From the IMG/VR virus record IMGVR_UViG_3300011480_000001, positions 1 to 64,000 of that record: 64,000 nucleotides of DNA; one strand, written 5' to 3'. The notes beneath the pieces were generated by a model. It saw only the letters and a list, made by a program, of their open reading frames with translations. It had not been told where the DNA came from and searched no databases. Made by a program: the position numbers and the translations under genes. Positions within the stretch are counted from its first letter, which is position 1. Each line of letters starts with the position of its first letter. Of this stretch, positions 19,936 to 29,251 are shown piece after piece. This DNA is from a virus. Lineage: Duplodnaviria > Caudoviricetes.

Positions 19936-20271
19936 TTACTCTGAATCGCTTTCCTGAAAATCGTCTGCGAAGTTATACTCCAACACAGCAGTGAACAGAC
20001 GTTGAAGATGTGCAACCTTACGAGCAAAGATTACATCGAAGTTATTGTCATCAATTGCAGTACCATCTTCAAGACAGACATATTTACCAATAGTTTTCTT
20101 GATAACAGTGAGGTCTACTTTTACTTTTCCTTGAGAAGCATCTACTTCATTTTGAAGATTCTTTTCCATGAAATCAAGAGCGGCAGTAGCGCTCATTGCT
20201 GTTACTTGGTAATCTACACCGTCCACAGTCAATGTCTCTTGTGGAAGGAATAGGGGTTTTGCTTTAGCCAT
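19936..20271 (-). CDS. tail assembly chaperone (G-like)
   Basis: Position; ends ...YNFADDFQ. Confidence 0.75.
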   Translation of the reverse strand: MAKAKPLFLPQETLTVDGVDYQVTAMSATAALDFMEKNLQNEVDASQGKVKVDLTVIKKTIGKYVCLEDGTAIDDNNFDVIFARKVAHLQRLFTAVLEYNFADDFQESDSE

Positions 20272-20283
20272 TTATTTATCCTA

Positions 20284-20769
20284 TTAAATAATATTTGAAA
20301 CAAAATCTACAGCACTATCAAAAATACTGCTAGTTGGTCTTGCATTACCACCAATGAAATAACTTTCTGTGGTTTGGCAATAGATTTCCCATGCACGATA
20401 TTCAGCATTACCTGAAAACACTGTCTCAGGGAATCCTCTAATAAAGGCTTCGTTAGAACTGAAAACAGATCTACCGCTATTATCTTTTAATGTTACAACA
20501 AGTCTTCCTGTACCAAATTCTAGATCCCTGTCGTGAATATACGAGAAGACATCATTAGATTGACTTGTCATTAAAGTTGTTATGCGAATAACAGAAGCAG
20601 TTTTAGGGTTTTTAGACCTTGTGTCCTTCCCCCTAATCCCATATATTGGTTGAAAACCAGGCGAAACTCTGCTGGTTGAGATGGTCTCCCAACCAGCAAC
20701 AGGATATCCTGCCACAATCAATTTAACATCTGTAGGGCTATAAGTCATTACCGAAAAAGAATTAGCCAT
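20284..20769 (-). CDS. tail tube-like structural protein (paralog 3)
   Basis: TYSP.DV, SNDV, LKDNSG, R.W shared with both upstream tube-like genes. Confidence 0.75.
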   Translation of the reverse strand: MANSFSVMTYSPTDVKLIVAGYPVAGWETISTSRVSPGFQPIYGIRGKDTRSKNPKTASVIRITTLMTSQSNDVFSYIHDRDLEFGTGRLVVTLKDNSGRSVFSSNEAFIRGFPETVFSGNAEYRAWEIYCQTTESYFIGGNARPTSSIFDSAVDFVSNII

Positions 20770-21276
20770 TTAAAGAAGTCCTCCTAATCCCGGTAAAACA
20801 GAAGAAGCTATATTCAACAAATCTTCGATTATTCCAGATTCGCCATTATTACCACCAATGTTGATTGCAACCTGTGTTGATTTTAATGTCCAAGTCCGAG
20901 GTTCAAATTCTGTACCTTTTGTGATGGAGGCTGGGGATTCGACCCAAGAAGACCCTGAAAAGAATAAATCACTCCCACTACCGTCTTTAATAAAGAGTGG
21001 AAATTTACCTCTCTGACTTATCTCATCAAGCTGCCAAAACTTAGTTAGTACATCATTAGATCTGCTGCCACTGTGAAGTGTAATCTCAACTGTATAAGTT
21101 TGATCACTGTTATAGATTCTTGAAACTACACCATCTGTACTTCTAACAGATGTGAATGGCAGCATATCTTTTGTAATTTTGATAAAAGTTCCATCTACGA
21201 AACCTTCAACTGGAAGAACGCCACCAATAAGACATACAACTTCTTCAGGAATATATGTTGCTAAAGGTATTGTCAT
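20770..21276 (-). CDS. tail tube-like structural protein (paralog 2)
   Basis: GFVDGTFI, SND, IKDGSG, RTW. Confidence 0.75.
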   Translation of the reverse strand: MTIPLATYIPEEVVCLIGGVLPVEGFVDGTFIKITKDMLPFTSVRSTDGVVSRIYNSDQTYTVEITLHSGSRSNDVLTKFWQLDEISQRGKFPLFIKDGSGSDLFFSGSSWVESPASITKGTEFEPRTWTLKSTQVAINIGGNNGESGIIEDLLNIASSVLPGLGGLL

Positions 21277-21289
21277 TTTATATTCCTTT

Positions 21290-21310
21290 AAAGAGGGCTT
21301 TACGCCCTCT
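21290..21310 (-). terminator. terminator after the major tube gene
   Basis: AGAGGGC-GTAAAA-GCCCTCT followed by TT. Confidence 0.6.
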
Positions 21311-21314
21311 CATA

Positions 21315-21845
21315 TTAAGCGTTCATTTTCCAACGATCCGGTACATCGTACTCAAGAGCGGAAAGAGTAGAAACAGTTGCATCGGACAACTTGGCGTTAC
21401 CACCGTAATGAGTGGACAGACTAATTGCACTGATTTGCCACACACGGGTGCCCATAGTAGTATCAAAAGACACATCTGGGGTGGTTGCAATAAACGCTTG
21501 ATTACTAGAAGCTACTGTACGACCACTGTTGTCTTTAAGTGTGAGGGTAAAGACATATGTGTCAGTTGCATCCTCTTCGTCAAGAGACTGAATGCGTTGG
21601 AAAAAGTCATTACTTGCAGAATATTGAGCAAGTGTAATGTCAATAGTTGAAGCTTTGTTTCGACGTTTAGTACGCCCTGTTGAAAGGTCAGCACCAACAT
21701 AAAGCTCTGAAGCCGGGGTTTGTCGGGTGATGTTAATGAACGTGCCATCAGCAAAACCAGAAACAACATGAACTTGGTCGGCTACAGAGATTACCAAATC
21801 AAGCGATTCAGGACTGTAAGTCCCAAGCAGGGAATCATCTGCCAT
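21315..21845 (-). CDS. major tail tube protein (DUF3277-like)
   Basis: TYSP, GFADGTFI, SND, LKDNSG; first tube-like gene after the sheath. Confidence 0.8.
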   Translation of the reverse strand: MADDSLLGTYSPESLDLVISVADQVHVVSGFADGTFINITRQTPASELYVGADLSTGRTKRRNKASTIDITLAQYSASNDFFQRIQSLDEEDATDTYVFTLTLKDNSGRTVASSNQAFIATTPDVSFDTTMGTRVWQISAISLSTHYGGNAKLSDATVSTLSALEYDVPDRWKMNA

Positions 21846-21858
21846 TATTTATTCCTCT

Positions 21859-22752
21859 TTACGGGATATTATCCCTGACTGTATTATTAGGGCGAACCCC
21901 ATAAATTTCTTCATAATGATTATCGTAAGCTTCAGCAGCTTCCAACTCTGTAGAAAAAGTTTTGTCGAATATACGATCTTGTCCGATGAACATTTTTGAC
22001 CGATATTTACCATTCTCCCTCAGGGTTACCCCTATTGATTTAGGAGAGTTTTGTAATCTGGGTCTACTTCCAATCCTTTTCAAATCTTGCTCTAAGTCCC
22101 TAGATCTTACTAAATGCTGCAAGAATTCTAGGGATTTTCCTGTTTTATAGGAACAGTTTAACAAAGAGTCAAACCATAAACCTAGTACGTAAACTGGTGA
22201 ATGAGACACTGATTTAGCATTATACTGAAATACATCTCCAAGAGTACCTAACTTTTGTCTTTTAATAAATGTTTTAATATTCATCCTAAGTAAAGACATT
22301 GATTGTTCTCTATCCTTAAACCAGAATCCTGAAACAAAAACAGGGACGTCCTTGAACTTGGATTTACGAGGTTTTCTATTCTCTTTGAGATAATTAGGAT
22401 TATCTTTGTAGAACTTTAAAAGGCTGTCTGATAATCTCTTCTTGACGTCTTCTGGCATTGTAGTGCCGAGTTCATTAGGACTTCCATAGAGTACATTGTA
22501 ACCATTCTCTACAGAATTAAAAAGGATAATACTTTTCTTTTCCAGTTCTAATATGTAATCTTCAAGGCCGATGCAAAGCAACTCCATTTTAAAATGCTCT
22601 CGACCATGCTTATTCATAGCATTTCTTAGCTTTGTGCATTTAGAACTTTTAGATAAATGCTCTTTCCACCGTAACTCAGGTCTTGATGTAATACCAATAT
22701 AAACTTTATCATTTACAGAATTGGTAATCTTGTATAAATAAAACTTTAGCAA
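21859..22752 (-). CDS. free-standing GIY-YIG homing endonuclease
   Basis: YLYKITNSVNDKVYIGIT..R...H; NUMOD-like linker; AP2-like end (F.TELEAAEAYD); TTG start after GGAGG. Confidence 0.88.
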   Translation of the reverse strand: MLKFYLYKITNSVNDKVYIGITSRPELRWKEHLSKSSKCTKLRNAMNKHGREHFKMELLCIGLEDYILELEKKSIILFNSVENGYNVLYGSPNELGTTMPEDVKKRLSDSLLKFYKDNPNYLKENRKPRKSKFKDVPVFVSGFWFKDREQSMSLLRMNIKTFIKRQKLGTLGDVFQYNAKSVSHSPVYVLGLWFDSLLNCSYKTGKSLEFLQHLVRSRDLEQDLKRIGSRPRLQNSPKSIGVTLRENGKYRSKMFIGQDRIFDKTFSTELEAAEAYDNHYEEIYGVRPNNTVRDNIP

Positions 22753-22782
22753 ATTAACCTCCACATTCAAACAGAACTAAAT

Positions 22783-22811
22783 ATTCTATCAGAATAAAGG
22801 TTAATTTGCAA
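22783..22811 (-). promoter_or_regulatory. sigma70 promoter of the GIY-YIG gene
   Basis: TTGCAA-17-TAGAAT with TGn extension. Confidence 0.65.
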
Positions 22812-22816
22812 GCCTT

Positions 22817-24106
22817 TTACACGCTAAGGTATCCTTGTATGAGCACCTTCCTGACACTGCCGGCAAAACGTGCTCTGAAGACAAAGGTGCCTGCGATTCT
22901 CTGCGCTCGCTGATTTGCACTAATTGACAGCACGTCCGGGGCTGTAACCTGCCACCCGGAATCAATAAGACCATTAGCTTCAGCTTGAGACAGAACAGAA
23001 CGAATCTCGCCTTCAATAATGGTCATCCCGACGTTTGTCATCGGTACTTTGAGGCTGTTAATTAAGCGGAAATAGATCTGTTCTTGCAGTCTGGCGTAAA
23101 GCCAATCCTCGCCCACCGTCAAATCGATTGGCTGACCATCAAACATATTACCATTCATGAAAATATTGACACCACCTTTAGCGATGTAATAGTTCCAGTT
23201 TTTAGTTTTAAGGTTGTTGATCTGGGTAGGAGAAAGCTTACTTACTGTGGCACCGACACCACGCTTGAAGTCCCAATCGTTAGAGCCGGGAGTTACAGCC
23301 AATTGACTACCTGCCCAAACAGCTTCGGGATATTCAGTGGCAGATGTTGCAGACCAAACACCAAATGTACGGCCTTCAGAACGAGCAGAAAGGATTGCAC
23401 CAATGTCTGTAGTTGCTGTAGTTAGAGCATTTGTATCCGAGCTTGAGATACCGTAAATCTTACGACGAGCACGGATAGCTTCTGCTAGTTCATCTTGATC
23501 TGCAAGAACTTGAGTTGGGCTAAACAATGCATACCAAGTATCATTTTCTACTTCAACAGCAGCAAGAGCATCAGTCCAAGCTTCAGTTGAAGGGCCGTCT
23601 ACTTTAGTAATATTAGCAGATACCGTGACGCTCCAATTATCACCTGGAGTAGTAGGGGCAATAGTCAAAGTGCCGGTGTTATCAGTAACAGTTACACCAG
23701 TTGCAGTAATAGCAGCCTCAAGACCTGCTGTAATTTCATCTGCTGTAGCAGAGGCATCTGAGGTGAAGCTATAAGCTGTACCATTTACGGTGACAGTATA
23801 GACACTGGAGTTTGCTACAATTGGGGTAAGGACAGTATTTTCAATTTGCTTACGTCCAACCACAAGAGAAGGAGGTACTGCACCAAGTACGGTTGATTGA
23901 CCAAACAGTTGTTCAGCCATTTCATGTACTGGTTCACCTTCATTGAAGTCTACTTCTACATCAGTGATGTTGTTATAAGTTCGTGTACGTTCTGCAAAAT
24001 TAGTAAACTCTGCAAGAATCAGTGGGATAGAGAAGCTTGCTGTAGCAACAGCGACAGATTCTCTCGAAAGAGAAATTTGGATGATATCGTCTAAATCACC
24101 AGCCAT
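22817..24106 (-). CDS. tail sheath protein (DUF3383-like)
   Basis: PGS..W.FK...G, ID....DWL..R.QE, KVP.T..G. Confidence 0.88.
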   Translation of the reverse strand: MAGDLDDIIQISLSRESVAVATASFSIPLILAEFTNFAERTRTYNNITDVEVDFNEGEPVHEMAEQLFGQSTVLGAVPPSLVVGRKQIENTVLTPIVANSSVYTVTVNGTAYSFTSDASATADEITAGLEAAITATGVTVTDNTGTLTIAPTTPGDNWSVTVSANITKVDGPSTEAWTDALAAVEVENDTWYALFSPTQVLADQDELAEAIRARRKIYGISSSDTNALTTATTDIGAILSARSEGRTFGVWSATSATEYPEAVWAGSQLAVTPGSNDWDFKRGVGATVSKLSPTQINNLKTKNWNYYIAKGGVNIFMNGNMFDGQPIDLTVGEDWLYARLQEQIYFRLINSLKVPMTNVGMTIIEGEIRSVLSQAEANGLIDSGWQVTAPDVLSISANQRAQRIAGTFVFRARFAGSVRKVLIQGYLSV

Positions 24107-24125
24107 TATTTATTTTCCTTTGTTG

Positions 24126-24686
24126 TTATGGAATAGGAACATTAGGAGGAACAGTAAATACAGTACTAGGATCTAGAGACTTGTCTTCTAGTACAATCGT
24201 TTCTACGTAATCCACAGGTTGAGTTGTATTTACAATATAAGCGAATACAAAATCTTGATTGAAATACTCTACCCACTTTGTATCTCGTTTTTGTGGAACA
24301 CGCCTTAAATTTGATTTCCTCATTACACTTAAGGATTCTTTTCTAAAAGCCTCCATTGTAATGGGATTGTTGTTAACTCTTTGAGTAAAGCTGTGTGCCA
24401 TATCACCAGCAGTAGAACCACAAAATCCAAACTGAACAGTTACTTCATATTGAGATTGAACGCTGATATCAAAAGCAGTATCTGTCAAACTTGAAACTTG
24501 ACTCCTCCCTTGTTGTTCAATACCAAGGATATTTATAACAACGTATGGATTAACAGGTTCAGACCCATTCGTATGACTGAAGAACACATATTTATCTTGA
24601 TCTTCAATTGTAGGGAAGAACTCAATTAAAGACTGAATGGCAGCACGCCTAATAGCTTTTCTTACATCTGAGTAAACGTTAGCCAT
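24126..24686 (-). CDS. tail terminator / neck protein
   Basis: Position before sheath; EP..PY...NI motif. Confidence 0.7.
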   Translation of the reverse strand: MANVYSDVRKAIRRAAIQSLIEFFPTIEDQDKYVFFSHTNGSEPVNPYVVINILGIEQQGRSQVSSLTDTAFDISVQSQYEVTVQFGFCGSTAGDMAHSFTQRVNNNPITMEAFRKESLSVMRKSNLRRVPQKRDTKWVEYFNQDFVFAYIVNTTQPVDYVETIVLEDKSLDPSTVFTVPPNVPIP

Positions 24687-25162
24687 TAGTCACTACCTCT
24701 TTCTACCTTATAATCTACGCTTTCAAGCATCTTTCCGCTGTCAATCAACGGATCATTAAAGCCCTTATCTGCAACTGTTTGAGGGCTGTTTGGTGGAGTA
24801 TTCCAGCTGATAATTTCGTTTTGAAGCCCAACCTTAAGTATTGGTCCAATTTGATTATACGCAGTTTTGAAAGTGGATTTTCCCGATATAACAGAATCAA
24901 TTGTTTGCTTAAAAACAGCTTGATATTCTTTAGAGTTCAATCTTGGAAGAAAACCCATACGGATAAAAGGTCTAGGAGGATACTTTACCGGGTCACCTTC
25001 TTCCATGAACATTGCGACCGTAGCAACCGGTAAGTTATCATTCTCTGGACCGTACCGTGAATCGGGGAAAAAGCCTACATTCAAACTTTCTTTATTGGCT
25101 TGTAGAAGATTTTTTTTAATCTTATCCCAACCGGAAGTGTCTACTGTAATTTTAATTGACAT
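24686..25162 (-). CDS. neck protein (HK97 gp10-like)
   Basis: VGFF, PPRPF, PNSP.T..KG..PLIDSG; start moved to MSIKI. Confidence 0.75.
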   Translation of the reverse strand: MSIKITVDTSGWDKIKKNLLQANKESLNVGFFPDSRYGPENDNLPVATVAMFMEEGDPVKYPPRPFIRMGFLPRLNSKEYQAVFKQTIDSVISGKSTFKTAYNQIGPILKVGLQNEIISWNTPPNSPQTVADKGFNDPLIDSGKMLESVDYKVERGSD

Positions 25163-25172
25163 AAGACGTTCC

Positions 25173-25559
25173 TTAGTTTGGGGTGAGGTCTGTTCTGTAA
25201 GCCCAGCCCTTCCAATGGTCAATAGCAGAATCTTTAAAACGATATGTTTTCATAACTTTAAAAACATAGTCTTTTCCATCAACTACTGAAGGCCAAGGAA
25301 ACTCATCAGCATCCCATCCGCCAGCACCTTCTACTTGAGAACGCAAGTTGTGAGTGTTGCAATAAACTTTCAACCACTCTCTTGATCTTTCAGACTCAGG
25401 AAGTTGCATAAGTTCGAAAGGTTTTACTGGCTGTACTTTAAGCTGTGCAATGAAAGTTTCTGTTGTACCTTCAATCCAATCGCCGTCTACATACTCACCG
25501 ACGCTTCTTCTTGTAACCTCTACGTCTGAGAATTTAATAAGGCTAAATGTTAATGCCAT
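25173..25559 (-). CDS. head closure protein
   Basis: GEY..G.W, VQP, LPE.ER motifs. Confidence 0.7.
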   Translation of the reverse strand: MALTFSLIKFSDVEVTRRSVGEYVDGDWIEGTTETFIAQLKVQPVKPFELMQLPESERSREWLKVYCNTHNLRSQVEGAGGWDADEFPWPSVVDGKDYVFKVMKTYRFKDSAIDHWKGWAYRTDLTPN

Positions 25560-25567
25560 AAATCACC

Positions 25568-25996
25568 TCAGAAAGCAGGACCAGCAGCACAATTACAAGC
25601 ACGGCCTGTCTCACAAGAACATTCATAAGCATCTCTGCAATTGTCTCCATCACAAACTTCAATGTTCATAAGTTTGCTACCACAAGTGTTTGCAGACCAA
25701 GGCATAAGACCTGATGGGATAAGTACAGCAGGATCATTAATAAAGTTTTTAAGGGCGGCTAAATAAGAAGTAGAAACGCTGTTCCATATCTCCTCGTCCC
25801 CAACGCGCTCGCGGGTATTATAACCTGCTAATTGGAAGCTTAGAGAAATTGCCACAATCCTTGCAGCCGCAACAACATCTCCATTAGTTTTTTCTAGTGT
25901 CCATTCAATTTCAGCATCGCTTACTAGCGAATAAAATGGTGAGCCAACGCCCAAACCAATAAGAAATCGAACTTCTTCAATCGAGCTAAGTGCCAT
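25568..25996 (-). CDS. head-tail adaptor
   Basis: VRFLIG...SDAEI...L; Cys-rich C-terminus. Confidence 0.7.
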   Translation of the reverse strand: MALSSIEEVRFLIGLGVGSPFYSLVSDAEIEWTLEKTNGDVVAAARIVAISLSFQLAGYNTRERVGDEEIWNSVSTSYLAALKNFINDPAVLIPSGLMPWSANTCGSKLMNIEVCDGDNCRDAYECSCETGRACNCAAGPAF

Positions 25997-26037
25997 ACGC
26001 TCTCCTTAGAGGAGGGCAAGAAAGCCTTGCCCGAATA

Positions 26038-26226
26038 TTAAGCTTTTAGTGCAGAGATGATAGCATTTACAGCATTCGCTACATCTTCTGCGGTTGCAGT
26101 TGAGGGATCTGCAATTGGAGTTAGTGCTACTACTTCTGGTTTAGTTGCCACACCAGCACCGCTTTGGATAGCAGCATCTAGTTGGCGCACAGCGTAAATC
26201 CAACCTACTTTAGTTTCTACAGCCAT
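26038..26226 (-). CDS. small head fibre/decoration-like protein
   Basis: ATAEDVANAVNAIISALK; directly after the capsid gene. Confidence 0.65.
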   Translation of the reverse strand: MAVETKVGWIYAVRQLDAAIQSGAGVATKPEVVALTPIADPSTATAEDVANAVNAIISALKA

Positions 26227-26245
26227 TTCTTACTCCTAAGAATAA

Positions 26246-26270
26246 TAGGGGACTCTGAATGAATCCCCTT
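26246..26270 (-). terminator. hairpin after the major capsid gene
   Basis: AGGGGATTC..GAGTCCCCT followed by ATTATTCTT. Confidence 0.55.
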
Positions 26271-26287
26271 TATTTACCAACCTAGTA

Positions 26288-27355
26288 TTAGGTCAGGGAC
26301 AGACGCAGAATAGCACCGGGGTTCAGAACAGCGTTCAGGAAGTTCTGTTCGGTCATGATTTCGATGATATCGTCTTTTTCATTCAGATATTCGAAGAAGT
26401 AGCTACCTTGAGCACGACGGTTGATAGTACCGAAGCGGTTAGCAGGAGCGTAGTAGGTTTTCAGGAAGTTACGGATACCAACAGGCATCATGTAAGCATC
26501 GCCTTCTGGAATGAACGGTACAAATGTACCAGCAGCATTCTCGTAACCAGCAGCACCAGCGTTGATGAAGGTGATACCAAACACGCTCATCATTTCAAAG
26601 CGAGCATCAAGACCCGGAACATCAGCACCGCCAGCACCCAGCAGGATACGAGCAGCTTGGGTTTGATCTACATACTTGAAGGCATCAGTTACATAAGCGT
26701 TCTGTTGCAGAGCGTTGTAATAGCTATCGGAGCACAGAACAACGAATGCACGAACAGTACCGGCTTGACCATCACGCAGAGCGTTACGGGTAGCTTTCTT
26801 AGCGTCGTTATAAACAGCGCGTGGGTCAGCAGCAGCAGACAGGTCAGTTACAATCTCAGTACGTGTAACACCAAACTCAGTATAGAAGTTGGTAGCTACG
26901 GTAGCACGAGGAGCGTAAGCAGTACCTTGAGTGATAAGTTGCATACGAGCAGCTTCAAGGGTCAGACCATGAGCTTCACGAATATCAATCATCTTGTCGG
27001 CACGAACGGAAGCTACAGTTTCCAGTTCAGCAAACTCAGCCAGAGAACCAGCACGAACAATACCATCGATATCGTTAGGAGTGATTGCATCATCCAGAGG
27101 GAAGTGCGGGATCTTCAGCAAGAGGCTGTCAGATTCACGACCAGCGATAGTCTGGTTACGTTCGTCCCAGTTGCGATCTTCCAGCAGATGGGAGCCACGA
27201 GTGGTACGGGTAATTTCAACAGTCTTTTGAGTTGAATAAGTATCTTCAAACAGACCCAGAGCGTTAGTGATACCAACGGTGTTTGGGATTACAATTAGGG
27301 AATCGGTACGGTCAACAACTTTACCGGGATTCTGACGATCTAGTACAATAGCCAT
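26288..27355 (-). CDS. major capsid protein (lambda E-like)
   Basis: IPHFPLDDAITP, TLE..R, NFYTEFG, YYAPA; position. Confidence 0.9.
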   Translation of the reverse strand: MAIVLDRQNPGKVVDRTDSLIVIPNTVGITNALGLFEDTYSTQKTVEITRTTRGSHLLEDRNWDERNQTIAGRESDSLLLKIPHFPLDDAITPNDIDGIVRAGSLAEFAELETVASVRADKMIDIREAHGLTLEAARMQLITQGTAYAPRATVATNFYTEFGVTRTEIVTDLSAAADPRAVYNDAKKATRNALRDGQAGTVRAFVVLCSDSYYNALQQNAYVTDAFKYVDQTQAARILLGAGGADVPGLDARFEMMSVFGITFINAGAAGYENAAGTFVPFIPEGDAYMMPVGIRNFLKTYYAPANRFGTINRRAQGSYFFEYLNEKDDIIEIMTEQNFLNAVLNPGAILRLSLT

Positions 27356-27379
27356 ATTAGTTAATTATCCTTGTTTTAA

Positions 27380-27844
27380 TTAAAGGGTTTTCAGGACTTG
27401 GATGCCTTGTGCTTCCAGCAGACCTTTCAGGGTTTCAACCTGAGCGTCAGACAGAGCAGCACCGCCTTCCAGAACTGGAGACTTAGCAACTTGCTTGATG
27501 TAGTATTCTTTCAGTTGCAGAGCACCAGAAGTACCTACAAAACCTACGGCGTTGTACTGATTAGCAGCAATAGCGCGTGGGGTGAATGAAGGGTTGAAGC
27601 TATAATGATCGCCATAAACAACAGCGAATTCGTTAGTAGCTACCAGAGGAGCGGCACCGCCGAGTACAGTCCAAGCAGCAGTCAGATCGGCTGATTTAGC
27701 ACGATATACAACAGTACCAAGTTTAACTGGAACTGAGCCTGGGGTTACGTTAAGGTCACGACGGCTATAACCAACAGATGGATCTAGTTCGTGAACAACA
27801 AGGTCGGAGAAACGAGCTTGATAAGTTTCGGCAACAAATGGCAT
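27380..27844 (-). CDS. head decoration protein
   Basis: SDLV..E....YSR; between protease and capsid as lambda D. Confidence 0.75.
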   Translation of the reverse strand: MPFVAETYQARFSDLVVHELDPSVGYSRRDLNVTPGSVPVKLGTVVYRAKSADLTAAWTVLGGAAPLVATNEFAVVYGDHYSFNPSFTPRAIAANQYNAVGFVGTSGALQLKEYYIKQVAKSPVLEGGAALSDAQVETLKGLLEAQGIQVLKTL

Positions 27845-27866
27845 ATTATTATTTTCCTTTGATTAT

Positions 27867-29237
27867 TTACTTCAGGCCAAGGCGCTGTTTGATGAGAGCT
27901 TCAGTGGATAGACGGGCTTTGTCTTCTTCTTGGGTTTTGGCTTCAGGTTCACCACCTTCACCACCAAGTTCTTGCATAAGATCAGAAGCTTCTAGGGCTT
28001 GTTTCTGTTGAGCAAAGCCAGCCAGAACAGTTTCAAATGCTTCATCACTTAGGGTAGCGAGGCTAGCTTGTACGGCCTCAACTTTGTCAGCAGCCATAAC
28101 AGCAGATAGTTTATCTGTACGTGCTTGGGCCTTCATTTGTTCTTTAACAGCTTCCATCTGCTTAACTTGATTAAGGGCAGCAGCAAGAGCAGCTTCTTTT
28201 TCAGCGAAAGCAGCTTGTAGGGTAGCCATTGCTTCTTTAGTAGAAGCTAGTTCAGCTACAGCCAGTTGTGCAGTTGATAGCTCAGTGGTTAGAGCCTCAA
28301 GCTGTGATTGCATATCTGCAAGTTGGGTCATTTCTGATTTATCCTCAGACTTAGTAAATTTAAAGATTCGATCTTTCATAGAACTTCCATTAACATTGTT
28401 TTGGGCTTCGCCCGATAAGTAAGAGTAGAATTCCTCTTGTGTCATCAACTTATCAGCTAGGCCCAAGCGAACAGCATCTCCTGCAAGGAAAGTCTTAGCC
28501 TGAGTATTCCTAACTGCTTCGACAGAGATGTTACGATGCTCTGCAACATACTCTACGAATTCTTGGTAAAGCGTATCCACTTTATATTGAAGGTCATCAA
28601 TGAACTCTTTTCTGAAAGAGCCATCAGCAGCGAATGGAATCTTTTCATCTCCTGCTGTAATGAAGGTTCGTTCATAACCCTCTTTCTCAAGAGCTTTAGA
28701 ATCATTCATCAAGCGGATAAGAACACCAATACTGCCAATCTCTGAAGATTTATTTGAAATAATTTCATCAGAAATTGCAGTAAGACCATATGCAGCTGAG
28801 GCACTGAGGCCGTCGATATATGACACAATCTTTACGCCATTCTCATCAGCAAGACGACGAAGATAGTTACCAGTGTCCATCATCCCGTAGGCTTCACCAC
28901 CACCACTTTCTACAATGAAAGCAATAGTTTTAGCACCTTCTTCTAGAAGAGCTTCAAAGTCTTCTTTAATACTTTCATAAGATGTTCCACCACAAAAGGC
29001 TTCCCATCCTGTAGACTTATTGGTCAGAGGGCCATTAATATTAATAACACCAAGGCCATTATCTTTGTAATAAAGAGTGCCATGCATTGAATACTCTTCA
29101 GCTGCTTCTTTATTTACTTCAACAGTTCCTTCGCAACGCTTATCTAGATAGTTTAGAATAGACTCAAAACTTTTAGTTTCAACGAGCAAAGGAGTATCGA
29201 ATAGCTTGCTTCTAAGACGAGCAAGTTCATGTGCCAT
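27867..29237 (-). CDS. S49 prohead protease with C-terminal scaffold
   Basis: SGGG, SASAAY, GSIGV; Ala/Glu coiled-coil C-terminus. Confidence 0.9.
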   Translation of the reverse strand: MAHELARLRSKLFDTPLLVETKSFESILNYLDKRCEGTVEVNKEAAEEYSMHGTLYYKDNGLGVININGPLTNKSTGWEAFCGGTSYESIKEDFEALLEEGAKTIAFIVESGGGEAYGMMDTGNYLRRLADENGVKIVSYIDGLSASAAYGLTAISDEIISNKSSEIGSIGVLIRLMNDSKALEKEGYERTFITAGDEKIPFAADGSFRKEFIDDLQYKVDTLYQEFVEYVAEHRNISVEAVRNTQAKTFLAGDAVRLGLADKLMTQEEFYSYLSGEAQNNVNGSSMKDRIFKFTKSEDKSEMTQLADMQSQLEALTTELSTAQLAVAELASTKEAMATLQAAFAEKEAALAAALNQVKQMEAVKEQMKAQARTDKLSAVMAADKVEAVQASLATLSDEAFETVLAGFAQQKQALEASDLMQELGGEGGEPEAKTQEEDKARLSTEALIKQRLGLK

Positions 29238-29251
29238 TCATGCACTCCTTA

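Noticed and set aside
26408-27235. 275-aa + strand ORF antisense to the capsid gene, and similar antisense ORFs
   Set aside because: Shadow of biased codon use in a highly expressed gene; no RBS; Ser/Thr-rich.
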